This document shows, in pieces, positions 47,373 to 59,050 of a DNA stretch of 64,000 bases. Source of the DNA: Octopus sinensis (Eukaryota); assembly GCF_006345805.1 (NCBI RefSeq), contig NW_021831286.1:310001-374000 (forward strand), in the 5' to 3' direction. A program made the position numbers and the translations under genes. The notes under the pieces were generated by a model. That model worked only from the letters and a program-made list of their open reading frames with translations. It was not told the DNA's origin and searched no databases. Each line of letters begins with the position of its first letter. The stretch's first letter is position 1.

Positions 47373-49995
47373 CAGGGGTTCTCAAGTGCGGCCCTCGGGG
47401 CCGCATGCGGCCCCGAGAATCTTTTTTGCGGCCCCGACTTCCAAACTTTAAAATAAATTTTGGATATAAAATTAATTGTAAATTAATATTATTAAAGATA
47501 ATATTTTAACTACACGTGTTTGTAAATATATTTCAGGTTTAGTATTTTTTCATGCCATCAAAGAAATATCGGTAACTTTTGTCGAAGTGGTCGCAGTTTT
47601 TTTAGGCCGTTTAAAAAACTAATAATTTTTGAGGTGGAATATATATATTTTATTTAAGTCGCTATCAATAATTTAAAAATATTATTAAATTTTTTACTAA
47701 TTTATTTTCTAATTTTTTTAATATTATGGCGAGCATGTACCTAATATTGATAATAACTGGCACTATAGGTCACATGGAAAATCTGTTGTGGACTTATGCA
47801 ACATCAAATTCCGACGCTCCCAATAAGTAAGGAGGATGCAGTGCATTTTCTGCAAAATGTGGATATCCTTTCAAAATCACGTATATGTCCGAAGGGACAT
47901 CAGATGGAATTAGTCTTGGGACCGAAGCTCAATTGGAAATGCTCAAGAGTTGGTTGTAGAGTCCAATGTTCTATTAAAAAAGGTATAATTTCTCTCAAAT
48001 AATTCTAGATACCTGGTTAGAGAATTGTAGATTGCCATTTGAGGATGTCATCGCCTACATATACTTTGGAGTTACGATAGGCATACCTTCAAATGGCTTC
48101 ATCACGATACAATTGGGGTGAACATACATATGTCGATTGGGCTATGTTTTTTTACGTGAAGTCTGTGTGGACGCACTTGTTAAAAGATCTGACGGCAAAA
48201 TTGTATTATTAATGTTTATTTCGGTGGTCCTGTAGGATTTGGAGGTAGACGAGAGTATGTTTTCCAAACGGAAAAACAACTCTGGAGAAATTATTAAACT
48301 GCTATTCCATTTTTTGTGATGAATGTTGTCCGTCAAATATACAAAATATTGCAAAACGATTACCATTAAGTAATGATACTATTACAAGAAGAATAGAATG
48401 TATTTTTGAGGACCTTGCCCGTCAGCTAATCAAGTTCTTTACTATTAAAAATAATTTTTATAGAACATCGAAAGATTTTTTATATCATTCTTTTGCTGTC
48501 GACACGAGTAAAGATATCTCTGATACCGAACAAATGGTCGTATGCATTAGAGGTGTCACTTCGGATTTTAAATTTCTGAAGAATTTTTTCTCTTCGTTCA
48601 TTAAAAGGCACTACAAAAGGAATGGATGTACTTAACGAATTCCTTGAAAGTATTAAAGAATTTGACATTGATCCTTCCAAATAATTTCCATATGTACTGA
48701 TGGGGGGGCGAATATGATTGGTCGTAATAAAGGGTTTCATGGACTTTATTCAGAATGGAGACTTGAAAAAAATCTTGATCCTATATTTTGGCAACATTGT
48801 ATCATTCATCAGGAGAATATAATCGCAAAGTCACTTAAAATGCAAAATGTAATAGTACGGTGTTGTCCATTGTGAATTGGATACGCGGTAAATCTCTCAA
48901 TCACAGGAGATTTAAAAAAATGTTAGTGGAAATTGACACAGTGCATAATGATGTGCTTTACCATACCACTGTTCGATGGTTGAGTCGTGCCGCGTGCCTC
49001 AAAAGGTATATTTGCTTGAATAGAAGTTAGATTTTATGAACTACTCCCTCAAATAAGAGAATTTGTTAAAGACCACAAATACCATGATTTGTTGAGCAGT
49101 AAGAGTGGATTGCCGATTTAGCTTTTTGGGTAGATCTAACCTCTCATTTATCGTCGTTAAATTGTGAATTACAGGGGAAATATAAATTTTGCCATCAACT
49201 CTATGGATCTATTGCTTCTTTTATATCAAAATTAAAACTTTGGAGGGATCAAATAATGCTCAAAGATACAATTCATTTTACTTGTTTGAGTGAAAATAAA
49301 GCTAACGGTTCATTTGAAAAATATACTACCATTATCAGTCACCTTATTGTTGAATTTGAAAAACGTTCTAAGGTTTATTAAATTTAGTTTATTTTAAGAA
49401 TTTTGATGAAATTTTGCCATCAATGAAAATTTTTTGCAGCACCATTCAATATAGATCCTAGAAATGCTCCGCCATCACTCCAATTAGAATTGATAGACCT
49501 TCAATCAGATGTGCAATTTACCTCAGTGCAAAAGATTGAAAATTTAATGGAATTTATAGTTCACTTCCCAAGAAAAATATCCGAATATACTCATAAATGC
49601 TTATAAATATGCTTCAATGTTCGGATCCACTTATTTATGTGAGTCAATTTTCAGTAAATGATTCACATAAAAAATAAATATCGAAATAAATTGACTGATA
49701 ATCACTTATGCCAGCTTTTGCGATCTACATGTGCCTCCTATATTCCGTGTTATGACAAATTAGTTAACAATTAGTTAAAATAGCTAACAATTTTTCGTTT
49801 TAGTTAACAATTTTTCGTTTTAGTCATTTTCCTTTAATTAATTAAGACTAACTATCTCGGTTCTGAATAAAAAATGAATCTAAAAAAAAATTAGTTAAAA
49901 GTTAATGAAAGTTTTAATTTAATTTATTCTGCGGCCCCGAAGACAATGGTTAATTATCGATTTGGCCCCGACGTTAAAAAACTTGAGAACCCCTG
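47373..49995 (+). mobile_element. hAT element 1 (GTF2IRD2/SPIN-like transposase, decayed, three micro-introns)
   Basis: TIRs CAGGGGTTCTCAA / TTGAGAACCCCTG, TSD GTTTAGAC; motifs DTSKDISDTEQ, HCIIHQE, VRWLSR, FGSTYLCE. Introns at 48434-48463, 49006-49030 and 49373-49398. Confidence 0.93.
47760..48300 (+). mobile_element. Merlin (IS1016/ISXO2-like) transposase fragment nested in hAT 1
   Basis: CPKGHQM...WKC..GCR..CSIKK|DTWL, then GGP..VDESMFSKRK; a 26-nt intron at 47983-48008. Confidence 0.75.
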
Positions 49996-50003
49996 GTTTA
50001 GAC

Positions 50004-51194
50004 CAGCGGTTCTCAACCGCGGCCCGCCACAATTTTGGTGCGCCGATTAAAAATTAAAAAATATATTAAATATTTTTTGTTTTTATATAAATATTTGTAC
50101 ATTAATGTTTAAATAATATTGTTTGTGATGTATGATAAACGTGTTAAACTAAGTAGAAAAATTATTCATGAAAATCGTGCATATAACTCCGAATGGGAGG
50201 AAAAAAATTTTCGTTTTTGAAGAAAATGGTAACGCACATTGCCTAATTTGTCATTCTGTCATACGATGTCTTAAGACATATAATGTCGAGAGGCATTATT
50301 CGAAACATTCTTCTGAATATGATTCACTTCAAGGTGAATCAAGAAAAATAAAATTTCAATCTCTGAAATCAAATCGCAAACTACAAACGAAATTGTTAAA
50401 ACAGCCCCACTTATCAAGATCCGTAACATTAGCTTCATACAAAATAAGTAATCTACTTGCAAAAAATATTCAGATGGAGAATTCATTAAGCAAGCTATTC
50501 ATATGTTTACAAAAGAATGTTGATCTTTAGAAATTAAAAAAAATGGTCGAAACTTACAGCTTAGCAATGATACAGTTTCTCGGAGAATTGAGAGCATATC
50601 TGACGATCTTCATTACCAGCTACTCACTGAATCCAAGTTTTTCGTACACTATTCTATTGCTCTTGACATCACTAAAGATATCAGTGATACAGAACAAATG
50701 GCCGTGTTTATTCGGGGTGTCATGCCTGACTTCAAAATTTACGAAGAATTTCTCTCGTTACGTAGTTTTCATGGTTCTACTAAAGGAGTTGATATATTTC
50801 GAGAATTTCGCGATTGTCTTGAAATGGCACATTTGAATCCTTCAAAAATTGGTCGATAATTTGAACTTGGTCGATAATGCTCAAAAAATGCATCAGTCTT
50901 CGGATCAACGTATACATGTGAAGCTCTTTTCAGCAAACTTACGCAAATAAAAACAAAGTATCGAAATCGATTGACTGACGGACACCTAAATCAACTTTTA
51001 CGCACATCGTGTTCGACCTTTACTCCCTGTTTCGACAAACTAATAGACGCAAAACAGAATCAAGTCTCGAATTGATTTTTATTACTTAATAAAGCCTTCT
51101 TTTGATTAATAACATAAAATATTTTTTGTGCGGCCCGCAAAGATATTCTTAATTATCGATTTGGCCCATGAGCTAAAAAGTTTGAGAACCCCTG
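50004..51194 (+). mobile_element. hAT element 2 (sister of element 1, internally deleted)
   Basis: TIRs CAGCGGTTCTCAA / TTGAGAACCCCTG, with TSD GTTTAGAC on both sides; BED-like CLIC..RHY, DITKDISDTEQ, then a jump to FGSTYTCEALFS. Confidence 0.93.
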
Positions 51195-51202
51195 GTTTAG
51201 AC

Positions 51203-51560
51203 CGTGGATGAAACGAATCATGTTTTCGTCTCTGCTCCGAATGAGCGGTTTCAAATAGATCTTATTGATCTGAAAAGGTTTGAAAACGTTAACGGAGGAT
51301 AAAAATAGATTCTATCCGTTATTGACGTCTATAGTCGGTTTTATGATTATAATTATCATAGTTTTGCTTTAATAAATAAGTCAGGAGTCGAGGTTTCAAA
51401 AAATCGAGGAATTCTAGGAACCCCACAGACCTCTTCAACTTTGATTCCCATAAAAGCTATCTATGAGTCGATTGACTCTTCCAACCCTGGAGAATAGATG
51501 TCATCTCTATTGATTTGTATCAAAGGCTGTTTTAAACGAGTCCCCAGAGGAGGTTGGCCA
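51203..51560 (+). mobile_element. Ginger-like integrase relic, 3' continuation
   Basis: TVDETNHVFVSAPNERFQIDLIDL...ILSVIDVYSRF (rve start), with stop codons. Confidence 0.7.
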
Positions 51561-51949
51561 TTCATTGCTATTTATTTTAATTCAAATTTGGAAAAAAGAA
51601 ATCAATCTATGAATTAAAAAACTCGCTTCTGTCTTTGTGAATAAAAGTGAAATTACCAAAAATGGAAATAAAATGAATAATAATTCCTCAGATTTGGCAC
51701 TATAAAACAAGGTGCTTGAAGAATTATTAATTCAAATTGATGCAAATAATTTTAAACCAATCGATGCCAAGTTCTCCGAGGAGTGCAGGAATTCTGTAGG
51801 CTGAACAACAAAGAAAGTCACATATGGCCACAATCACAGAATTCTTGCGAATAAAATATGAATCAACCCAGCACATTGAACAGACACTAAAGAGTTTGCA
51901 GATTGACTGTCTCTAATTAGCTATTAATAAGAAAACTTTCGATTCAAAA

Positions 51950-52672
51950 TTATCTTAATCACTTGATAATGAGACTTTCGATATACAGACATCCTCAAAA
52001 TGGATTGTAAAAAGAAATATTTCCCCTAAATCTGAAGCCATGTTCTTCCTTTTGCAGGACAGGAATATTTTCTTCCGCAAGCTTGGTTCGAAATGCCCAC
52101 ATTGCAAAACTTCTAATAAGACAGTCGAACATTTGGCAACTCGATGCAATAGAATGCTTAATTCTGATTATACAAAGAACACAACCTGCCGGCACTGAGG
52201 CGACAAGAGAGAGGGTGTAAACCTCTCCTGTCGATGAATTTTCCACATCTGCAAAGCTGCGGCTGGCAAATTTCAATGCCAAGCCGTAAACAGATTCCGA
52301 TGCGGACTGATGGAGCATACTAGCTGACGAGATCGGCAACGCATTCAGCCAATCGGCCGAATGTGGTTGACAAACACAATTAACACCTGCCAACTGAAAT
52401 TGGTCGGCGTGTGAGCGGATATCTTCAATTACATGCAAACAATATATGTTGTCCCAGTTCCTTTAAATTGACGGAATGTCCGGGACTTTAAGCCCCCGAG
52501 AAACCCACTCGTTGACACCAGCCGCATATTCCAACAATTCGCACTGTTCAGAAGAGGGAAAAAGAACAGAGTTTACAAAATTAGTGGAAGCGGACAACGA
52601 TGATAGGTAACACGGAAGGGATAAATCACGGCAAGAGCGAATACCGATGCCCCCATAACGAATGGGCAAATA
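51950..52672 (-). mobile_element. CRE-like retrotransposon relic (post-RT region)
   Basis: YLPIRYGGIGIRS...PCYLSS and SADWLNALPISS motifs. Confidence 0.75.
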
Positions 52673-54300
52673 CAGTGGGGCAAAAAAGTCATGGCACCTT
52701 TGCAAATTTTGACTAAATTTAACAATTCTTTGCAAAAAAATTATTAAATACATTACTTTAAAAAATAAATTAGTAATATAGAACTTTTTAGATAAATTAT
52801 TAAAAAAACTATCTTAAAGGGAATTATTAATAGTGCACTAATTAACGATTATTTTTAAAAGTCAATTTTTGAGGGAAAAAAGTAATGGCACGAAATCCAA
52901 TTAATATTTAGTTGCATTCCCTTTGCTAAGAGAACTGCTTCCAATCGTTTTTTTGTAAGAAAAAATTAGTTTTTGACATTCTACTTTAGAAATATTTTCC
53001 ATTCTCCGTAGCAAATTGTTTTTAATTCTGGATATTTTTTGGTTTTCTTAAGCCAACTTTTATTTTTAATATTTTCCATAAGTTTTCGATGGGATTCAGG
53101 TCTGGCGATTGACTTGGCCATTCCAAAACATTTATTTTGTTTTTTCTAACCATTTAACGGTTACTTTTGACTTGTGCTTAGGATCGTTTTCATGCTGGAA
53201 TGTCCAATGTTGTGTCAAATTTAAGTTCGCGACCGAAGGTAAAAGACATTTTTCCAAAATTTCGCAATATTTAAGAGAATTCATCATTCCATCAATTACA
53301 AATAGTTCACCAACACCTGTTGATGAAAAACAACCCCACAACATGATACTACCTCCCCGTGCTTTACGGTAGGTATGGTGCATTTTGGGATATACCTGAT
53401 TTGATTTGCGCCAAATTGAAAGCGTGTAGTTCAGTCCGAAAAGTTGTATTTTTGATTCGTCCGACCACAAAAATTGTTTATGAATTCATTTTCTTTGTTC
53501 AAAAGATTTTTTGCATATTGGATTCGCGCTGAAAGGTGTATTTTCTTTAATAACGGAACTCGACGGGGCCTTCGCTTATTGATACCTTCTTTGCGTAGTG
53601 TAGAAGTGATTGTACAAAGGGACACTGACGTTCCTGTGATTTTCAAATTATCGGCCAATTCTTTTCGAGTTTTTTGGGTTTGAAGTAACTAATCTTTTCA
53701 TTAATGAAGAAGAACGCAGAGATATCTTTTTTGGAGCACCCGATCTTGGTTTATTAATAACAGTTCCGCGTTGCTTCCATCGAGTAATAATATTTCGAAC
53801 AGTACTTTTTGGTAATATCAACAATTTAGAAATCTCTCCATAACTTTTACCGTTTTGGTGGGCAGTTACAACTCATTGTTTTAGGTCCAAAGAATGCTCT
53901 TTCCTCATCGACGAGATAATTTTAATAAAAGGCGAAAAATAAAAGTATATTTATACTAATCGGAATCTACTAATCAATTATATTAATAGAACTAAGAATC
54001 AATTATTTCAAAGAAAAAACAAGGCACAAAAGATAATCATTTGTATCTTATTGTCAAAAAAATCCATATTTTTGATAGTGTCATCACTTTTTTACACATC
54101 AAATTTGACGTTTTTCTAAATATGAAGCAAAAACAATTATATTTATTTGAAATTCATGAATATAATTAGCACGAAATGGGTTCAAAAGAATGCAAGATTT
54201 TATTGTGTAGCATGATGAAATAAATCGAACAAGTTATCATTGTAAAAATATATTGAATTAAAAAAAATGATAGGTGTGCCATGACTTATTTGCCCCACTG
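52673..54300 (-). mobile_element. Full-length Tc1 element (1628 bp), transposase pseudogenised
   Basis: TIRs CAGTGGGGCAAA(A/T)AAGTCATGGCAC flanked by TA; [36 protein letters not shown]; stop codons and frameshifts. Confidence 0.93.
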
Positions 54301-54509
54301 TATATCATCAGATTTGAATTTTATGTTTACCAGTAGCCCAAGGGCTTTGGAAACCAGATCTACAGATCTAAACAAAAAACTTCTAATAAAAATTCAAAGT
54401 ACCCTAAAACCCGAGAGTGCCCCACGTCCGGGGTCGCCCCAATAAGAGGTTGCACGGTATATTGTATTTTTACGAAAAACTTAAGTCAATAGTAAATATT
54501 TCTACGCAA

Positions 54510-54700
54510 AATGTGGCAGAATGTTGAACAGCGATTACCTCCGCCGCCACAATGGGGTGGTAAGGTGCATTCACTTGGACATCTGCCAAAAATATAGAAT
54601 AAAACAATCTAGGAAGTTGAAGAACCACTTCATTCAGTCGACTGTCTCTATTGAGGTGGTCGAAATAAGGGTGGACACAACGATTTTAATTCCTTTATAT
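54510..54700 (+). mobile_element. R4/Dong-like LINE fragment
   Basis: MLNSDYLRRHNGVVRCIHL...EIRVDTTI. Confidence 0.75.
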
Positions 54701-55216
54701 AGTTTTAATGTCCTGTTGTTATGTGGACGTCGTGCTGCTTTCTCGTTCGATGTGTAGAGGAGCTTCAACAAGTTAATATAGTCGATAAACATGGGGGACG
54801 GTTTTCCTGAAAAAATAGGTTGATTAGTTTCACACACGAGAAGAACTAGCATATTCACTTACTAATATCCCAAGTAGGACTCAAATCTTGAGACGATTTC
54901 TCTTTACTATAAAGTCGTGCCCTACATCTTATGGGGGCGGTCCCCACGTAAATAGAGATCAACATTTAAGAAGCATCAAATATGACAGTTTTCCTGAATA
55001 AAATCAGGTCGATTGCTTTCAAACACGTCTATAGCTCAAGTATTGATCTTTACATTAGGTCTCAAATCTTGAGAAGAAGCATCATAACTCCCTAGGACGA
55101 CTAAATCTCAATGAGCACCTGGAGCCATTCGTAAGAACTCTCAGAGGACTCGATAAAGACATTACGCGCTATGAAGCTATTTCAGCCTTGAGCAAGTTGA
55201 AACATGGCAAAGCTTT

Positions 55217-55519
55217 GTGAATGCAAAATTATTGAAATATGCGCCAAATAGAGTGGTTGAGTTGATCTGGACAGTCCTGAACAGGACATTCAAATGTAAT
55301 AGCCCATTAATCCCAATTCAGAAACCTGGAAGGGAGAAGGAAAATGTAAACAGTTTGGGCCCAGTTACCCTAATGAATACGTTAAGGAAAATACTTTCTC
55401 TTGTGCTGGATTGTATTTCAGGCCCTTTAGATGAGTTCCTAGACCCAAGTCAAAGTGGATTCAGACCTGGAAAATCGACACTTGACGTAGTATGGAGCCA
55501 CAATGTGGTTGTGTGGTAG
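55217..55519 (+). mobile_element. LINE reverse-transcriptase fragment
   Basis: IPIQKPG...GPVTLMNTLRKIL...QSGFRPGKST. Confidence 0.8.
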
Positions 55520-56114
55520 GAACTTGGAATAGCGGCCGGTTTGTTTGGTTAGATCAATGGAATGATACGTGATATTTTCCAGAGACAGAATTTCGTTTTT
55601 TTAAGACATTATTGTTGTAAATAGAGAGTATGAAATTGATAATGTTAGTGACAAGTTTTTTTAATTTTAGATTGAAATATTGTCAAGACCGGTGGAAAAG
55701 GAATTTTTAATACAATATTTCAATTGCGTATTTGTCTGCTGAACCGGATTGAGTGGAGTAGTCGAATGAGAAATAACAGATTCGTACACCAATTCATTCA
55801 TGTCTTTTGAATTCTTTCAAATTTTGGAGTTGCTTGACCTGTAATCAATTGAGGAGATAAAGTGAGTCCATTTGGAGTCTGCGTGCAGTTAGTTAACATA
55901 TTTGGAAATAAAACGAGTTCATATTTCATCTATGAAACTAATATAAAATAATGGATCCCATTAGTTAACCCTGACACAGTAAAACTAGCATGAGGCCGAG
56001 ATATGGGTTATTCGAAAAATATTGATTTTGACAAAACCTTGTTTTCTTTGCGCCAAATATTAGAAAAATTACTTCCGTAAATATTTAACATAAAAAAGCC
56101 GATAATAAACATAA

Positions 56115-57918
56115 ATGCTGCTTTATCTGTTCCTATTTTTTACTCTAACAGCAAATGTCTGCCTTCCTCCATCTATGGACACGTCTGACACTACAATTCT
56201 TCTCAATAGCACGAATTATCACATAGAATGTCCCATAAATACATTTCCTGAAAAAAACTACATGTTTGATTTTATTATTTATAGTCAGGTGGGCAAAAGA
56301 TGGTGTCCCCATTAATTTTAAACAAATTGTCCCTTTTCATATGGAAGGCAGAAACCTCGTATTCAGCCAGCACTACATCGAGCCAGGGATCTTTACCTGT
56401 TCTGTCGAAAACAAATGTGGTCGTGAAACATCTCTCGAAATGAATGTAACGTCATATCAAAATATGAATATTGGTATATTCAAGACAATTTATTATAGTT
56501 ATAAAACAAAATTCCCCTTATGCAGTCCTTAGAGGCAATGACTGTACGTGGATCAAAAGTCTGAATTTAGAATTGATGATAGTCGACAATGAAATAATGA
56601 AAAACGATCCAGAAGAGATTATTTCATCGTCGGCGAGTGACAGACTTGTGGTTATAGATAACGATTTGTACATCAAATATTTGATCAAACCAGACTCAAA
56701 ATATACGTACAAGTGCATTAATAACGCTGATTCAAGTTACTACTTATCTTACACTTTTAAAAATCCAATTAATGGTATTATTATTTTCTTAAAAAAGAAA
56801 CTGTTTTTGATTTGGTCCATGTTTTCCCAAGAGGACAGGACATCAAAATTGAGTTTGGAAAAGTTGAAAAAATCTACCCTTGTTTGTTTTTTGGGAGGTT
56901 TTCTTCGAAATTTTTTTTAGGAATTATTATACTATTGATATCTACGAAGGAAAGACGTTTATCGGATATGACTTTATGGTAATTAATGCAAGTGCGAAAA
57001 TTCCAAAAAAATCATATTGGTGTGTTCCTCTATTCAAAAATTATCTTCTTAAACACACATATAACTTTACTGTTTCTATTTATGGTTATATTTGGTTAAA
57101 TATTGCTAGAAATGCCAATCATTTCAAGTTCCTTAATTTCAGTGAATGCCACAAGAGGAGATAAAGTGATATTTAAATGTGTCCCAAAAGCAGGCTACCC
57201 AATTCCTACCTTAACTTGGTATGTCGATTCGGTTGAATACGGTAGTTGTAGTAATTAATCGTTTCAGATTTAAATAAACATTATAATATGCATATCAAAA
57301 ATAAAACAACTTTTGAAATTTCCAACGCCACTCGATCGCTGAGTGTTAAATGTATTGCTCAAAATCAGTTTGGACGAAATGCGAAAACGGTTTATCTAAA
57401 AATTATAGAAAATCCAACAATCTTTGTTTTCAACAACAAAGAAAAAGTTTTGCTTAACCGACCAAGAATTACGTGCCAAGGAACTGTCGACCCAATTCGT
57501 GAAATAAAAATAAGCTGGTTATACGAGGGAAAACCTACTGAACTAAACAATCCAACCTATTTTATATTAGATGAAAGAAACAAGAGTAGTTTCATAATTA
57601 CATTGCCATCTGACAAACTGAAAAAAATGGAAAATGAGACAAAATCTTTTACCTGTATTTTATCCGACGGATTTATCAAATTAAACCGCACAGTTACAGT
57701 TTCTATAGCAAATCGTAAGTTTTTACGATAATGTTTATTGTCTCAGTGACAATCAACCTGGAGGAAGAAATTTCCCATGACAAAGTTGTATGGATTCCTT
57801 TAGCCCTGGTTCTTTTGTTTGGACTTTTATTGTTGGGGATATTTATTTGTCTTCGAAAGACTCGTTACAGCTACAGTGGTTAAATTATGGCAATATATTT
57901 TTAGATTATACAGATTAA
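56115..57918 (+). CDS. Type-I membrane protein with about 5 Ig domains and a short Tyr-rich tail
   Basis: Signal peptide MLLYLFLFFTLTANVC; repeated C..W..C Ig patterns (WAKDG..FTCSVENKCG; CVPKAGYPIPTLTW..CIAQNQFG); TM VVWIPLALVLLFGLLLLGIFICL; tail RKTRYSYSDYTD*; 22-32 nt introns. Confidence 0.85.
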
Positions 57919-58179
57919 AGGGAAATTTTTCCTCAATTTTGAGGTTTTACTCAAAAAGAGGGTTTTCCTTAAATTTATGTCTTACCTTAATAATATAACC
58001 AAAACGGATAACTACAATTTTTATTTTTTAATATACGAATCAGTTAATTTTAATCGAGTTTTTTGTTTTTTGCACTGAACTCATAATATTTGCTTTAAAT
58101 CTAAATATATCAAGTAAATTTTCCGGAGTCTTTTGGCTTAATAACATTTAGCAACATTGTGAATTCGCATTCCGCATTT

Positions 58180-59050
58180 TTTATAACTCGTTAATCATCC
58201 AAATGTTCCAGTTCGCTGCAGTCCTTTTCATCATTACTGTTATTATCCCAGATTCTGAACTTGTACACTCGGCAATAACTATCATCGCTGGTTGTCAACA
58301 AATCAACCAATCCCCAAAATCTGGAAAGAAACGCAAAACTCAATACGGGAAACAGCGGACAAACAGCTCCTATACACAGAAATTAACAGTACATCACCAA
58401 GTGGAACAACTGAGATATCAATCCTGGTGAAGAAACAAAAATCTATTTGGCTAAAATATTTAAACACACATGACAAACACATCAAAGAGAATCTTAGCCG
58501 CGAAAGAAAAAATATAGAGAAGAAAATCAAAAAACTGTGTTTCCTCTATGTCAAGAAACGAGACTGAGATCCAGGCAATGAAAGCTCTGAAGGATAATAG
58601 TAGGTACTACGAAGCGATTAGAGCACTACGAAGACGTAAACACAGACAACCTCCATTTATAAATGACGAAAATGAAAGAAGAATCGCAGATTCTGCAGAA
58701 GCAGGAGAATTAATTTCCGTCCATTTCAAGAAATTATTTAATTTAGAAATTGCAGAAAACAGAATTTACTAAACTTTTCAGACAAAAGTCTAAGCTGGAC
58801 GAACACTGAGAAAAGTTAAGAAACTTGGAAGACTATTTTGTAACTGACGGCTTTCGTTCCGTGGAAGCCCTAAAAATACTCTGGACACTGGACAGAGACC
58901 TCCGGAGGGTAGAGAAAATTTAAAGGACGAGGACGATCTTGACGCATTACGGGACGTCGCCCAAGATAAAGGGAAATTAACTAAACTAACAACTCTTATT
59001 GTTTCTTGTGGTGCATAAGCTTTGTCATGATCCATGACATCGCGAAAGTG
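58180..59050 (+). mobile_element. Decayed LINE ORF2 (between endonuclease and RT)
   Basis: Broken frames including GELISVHFKKLFN and a Lys/Arg-rich linker. No introns. Confidence 0.5.
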
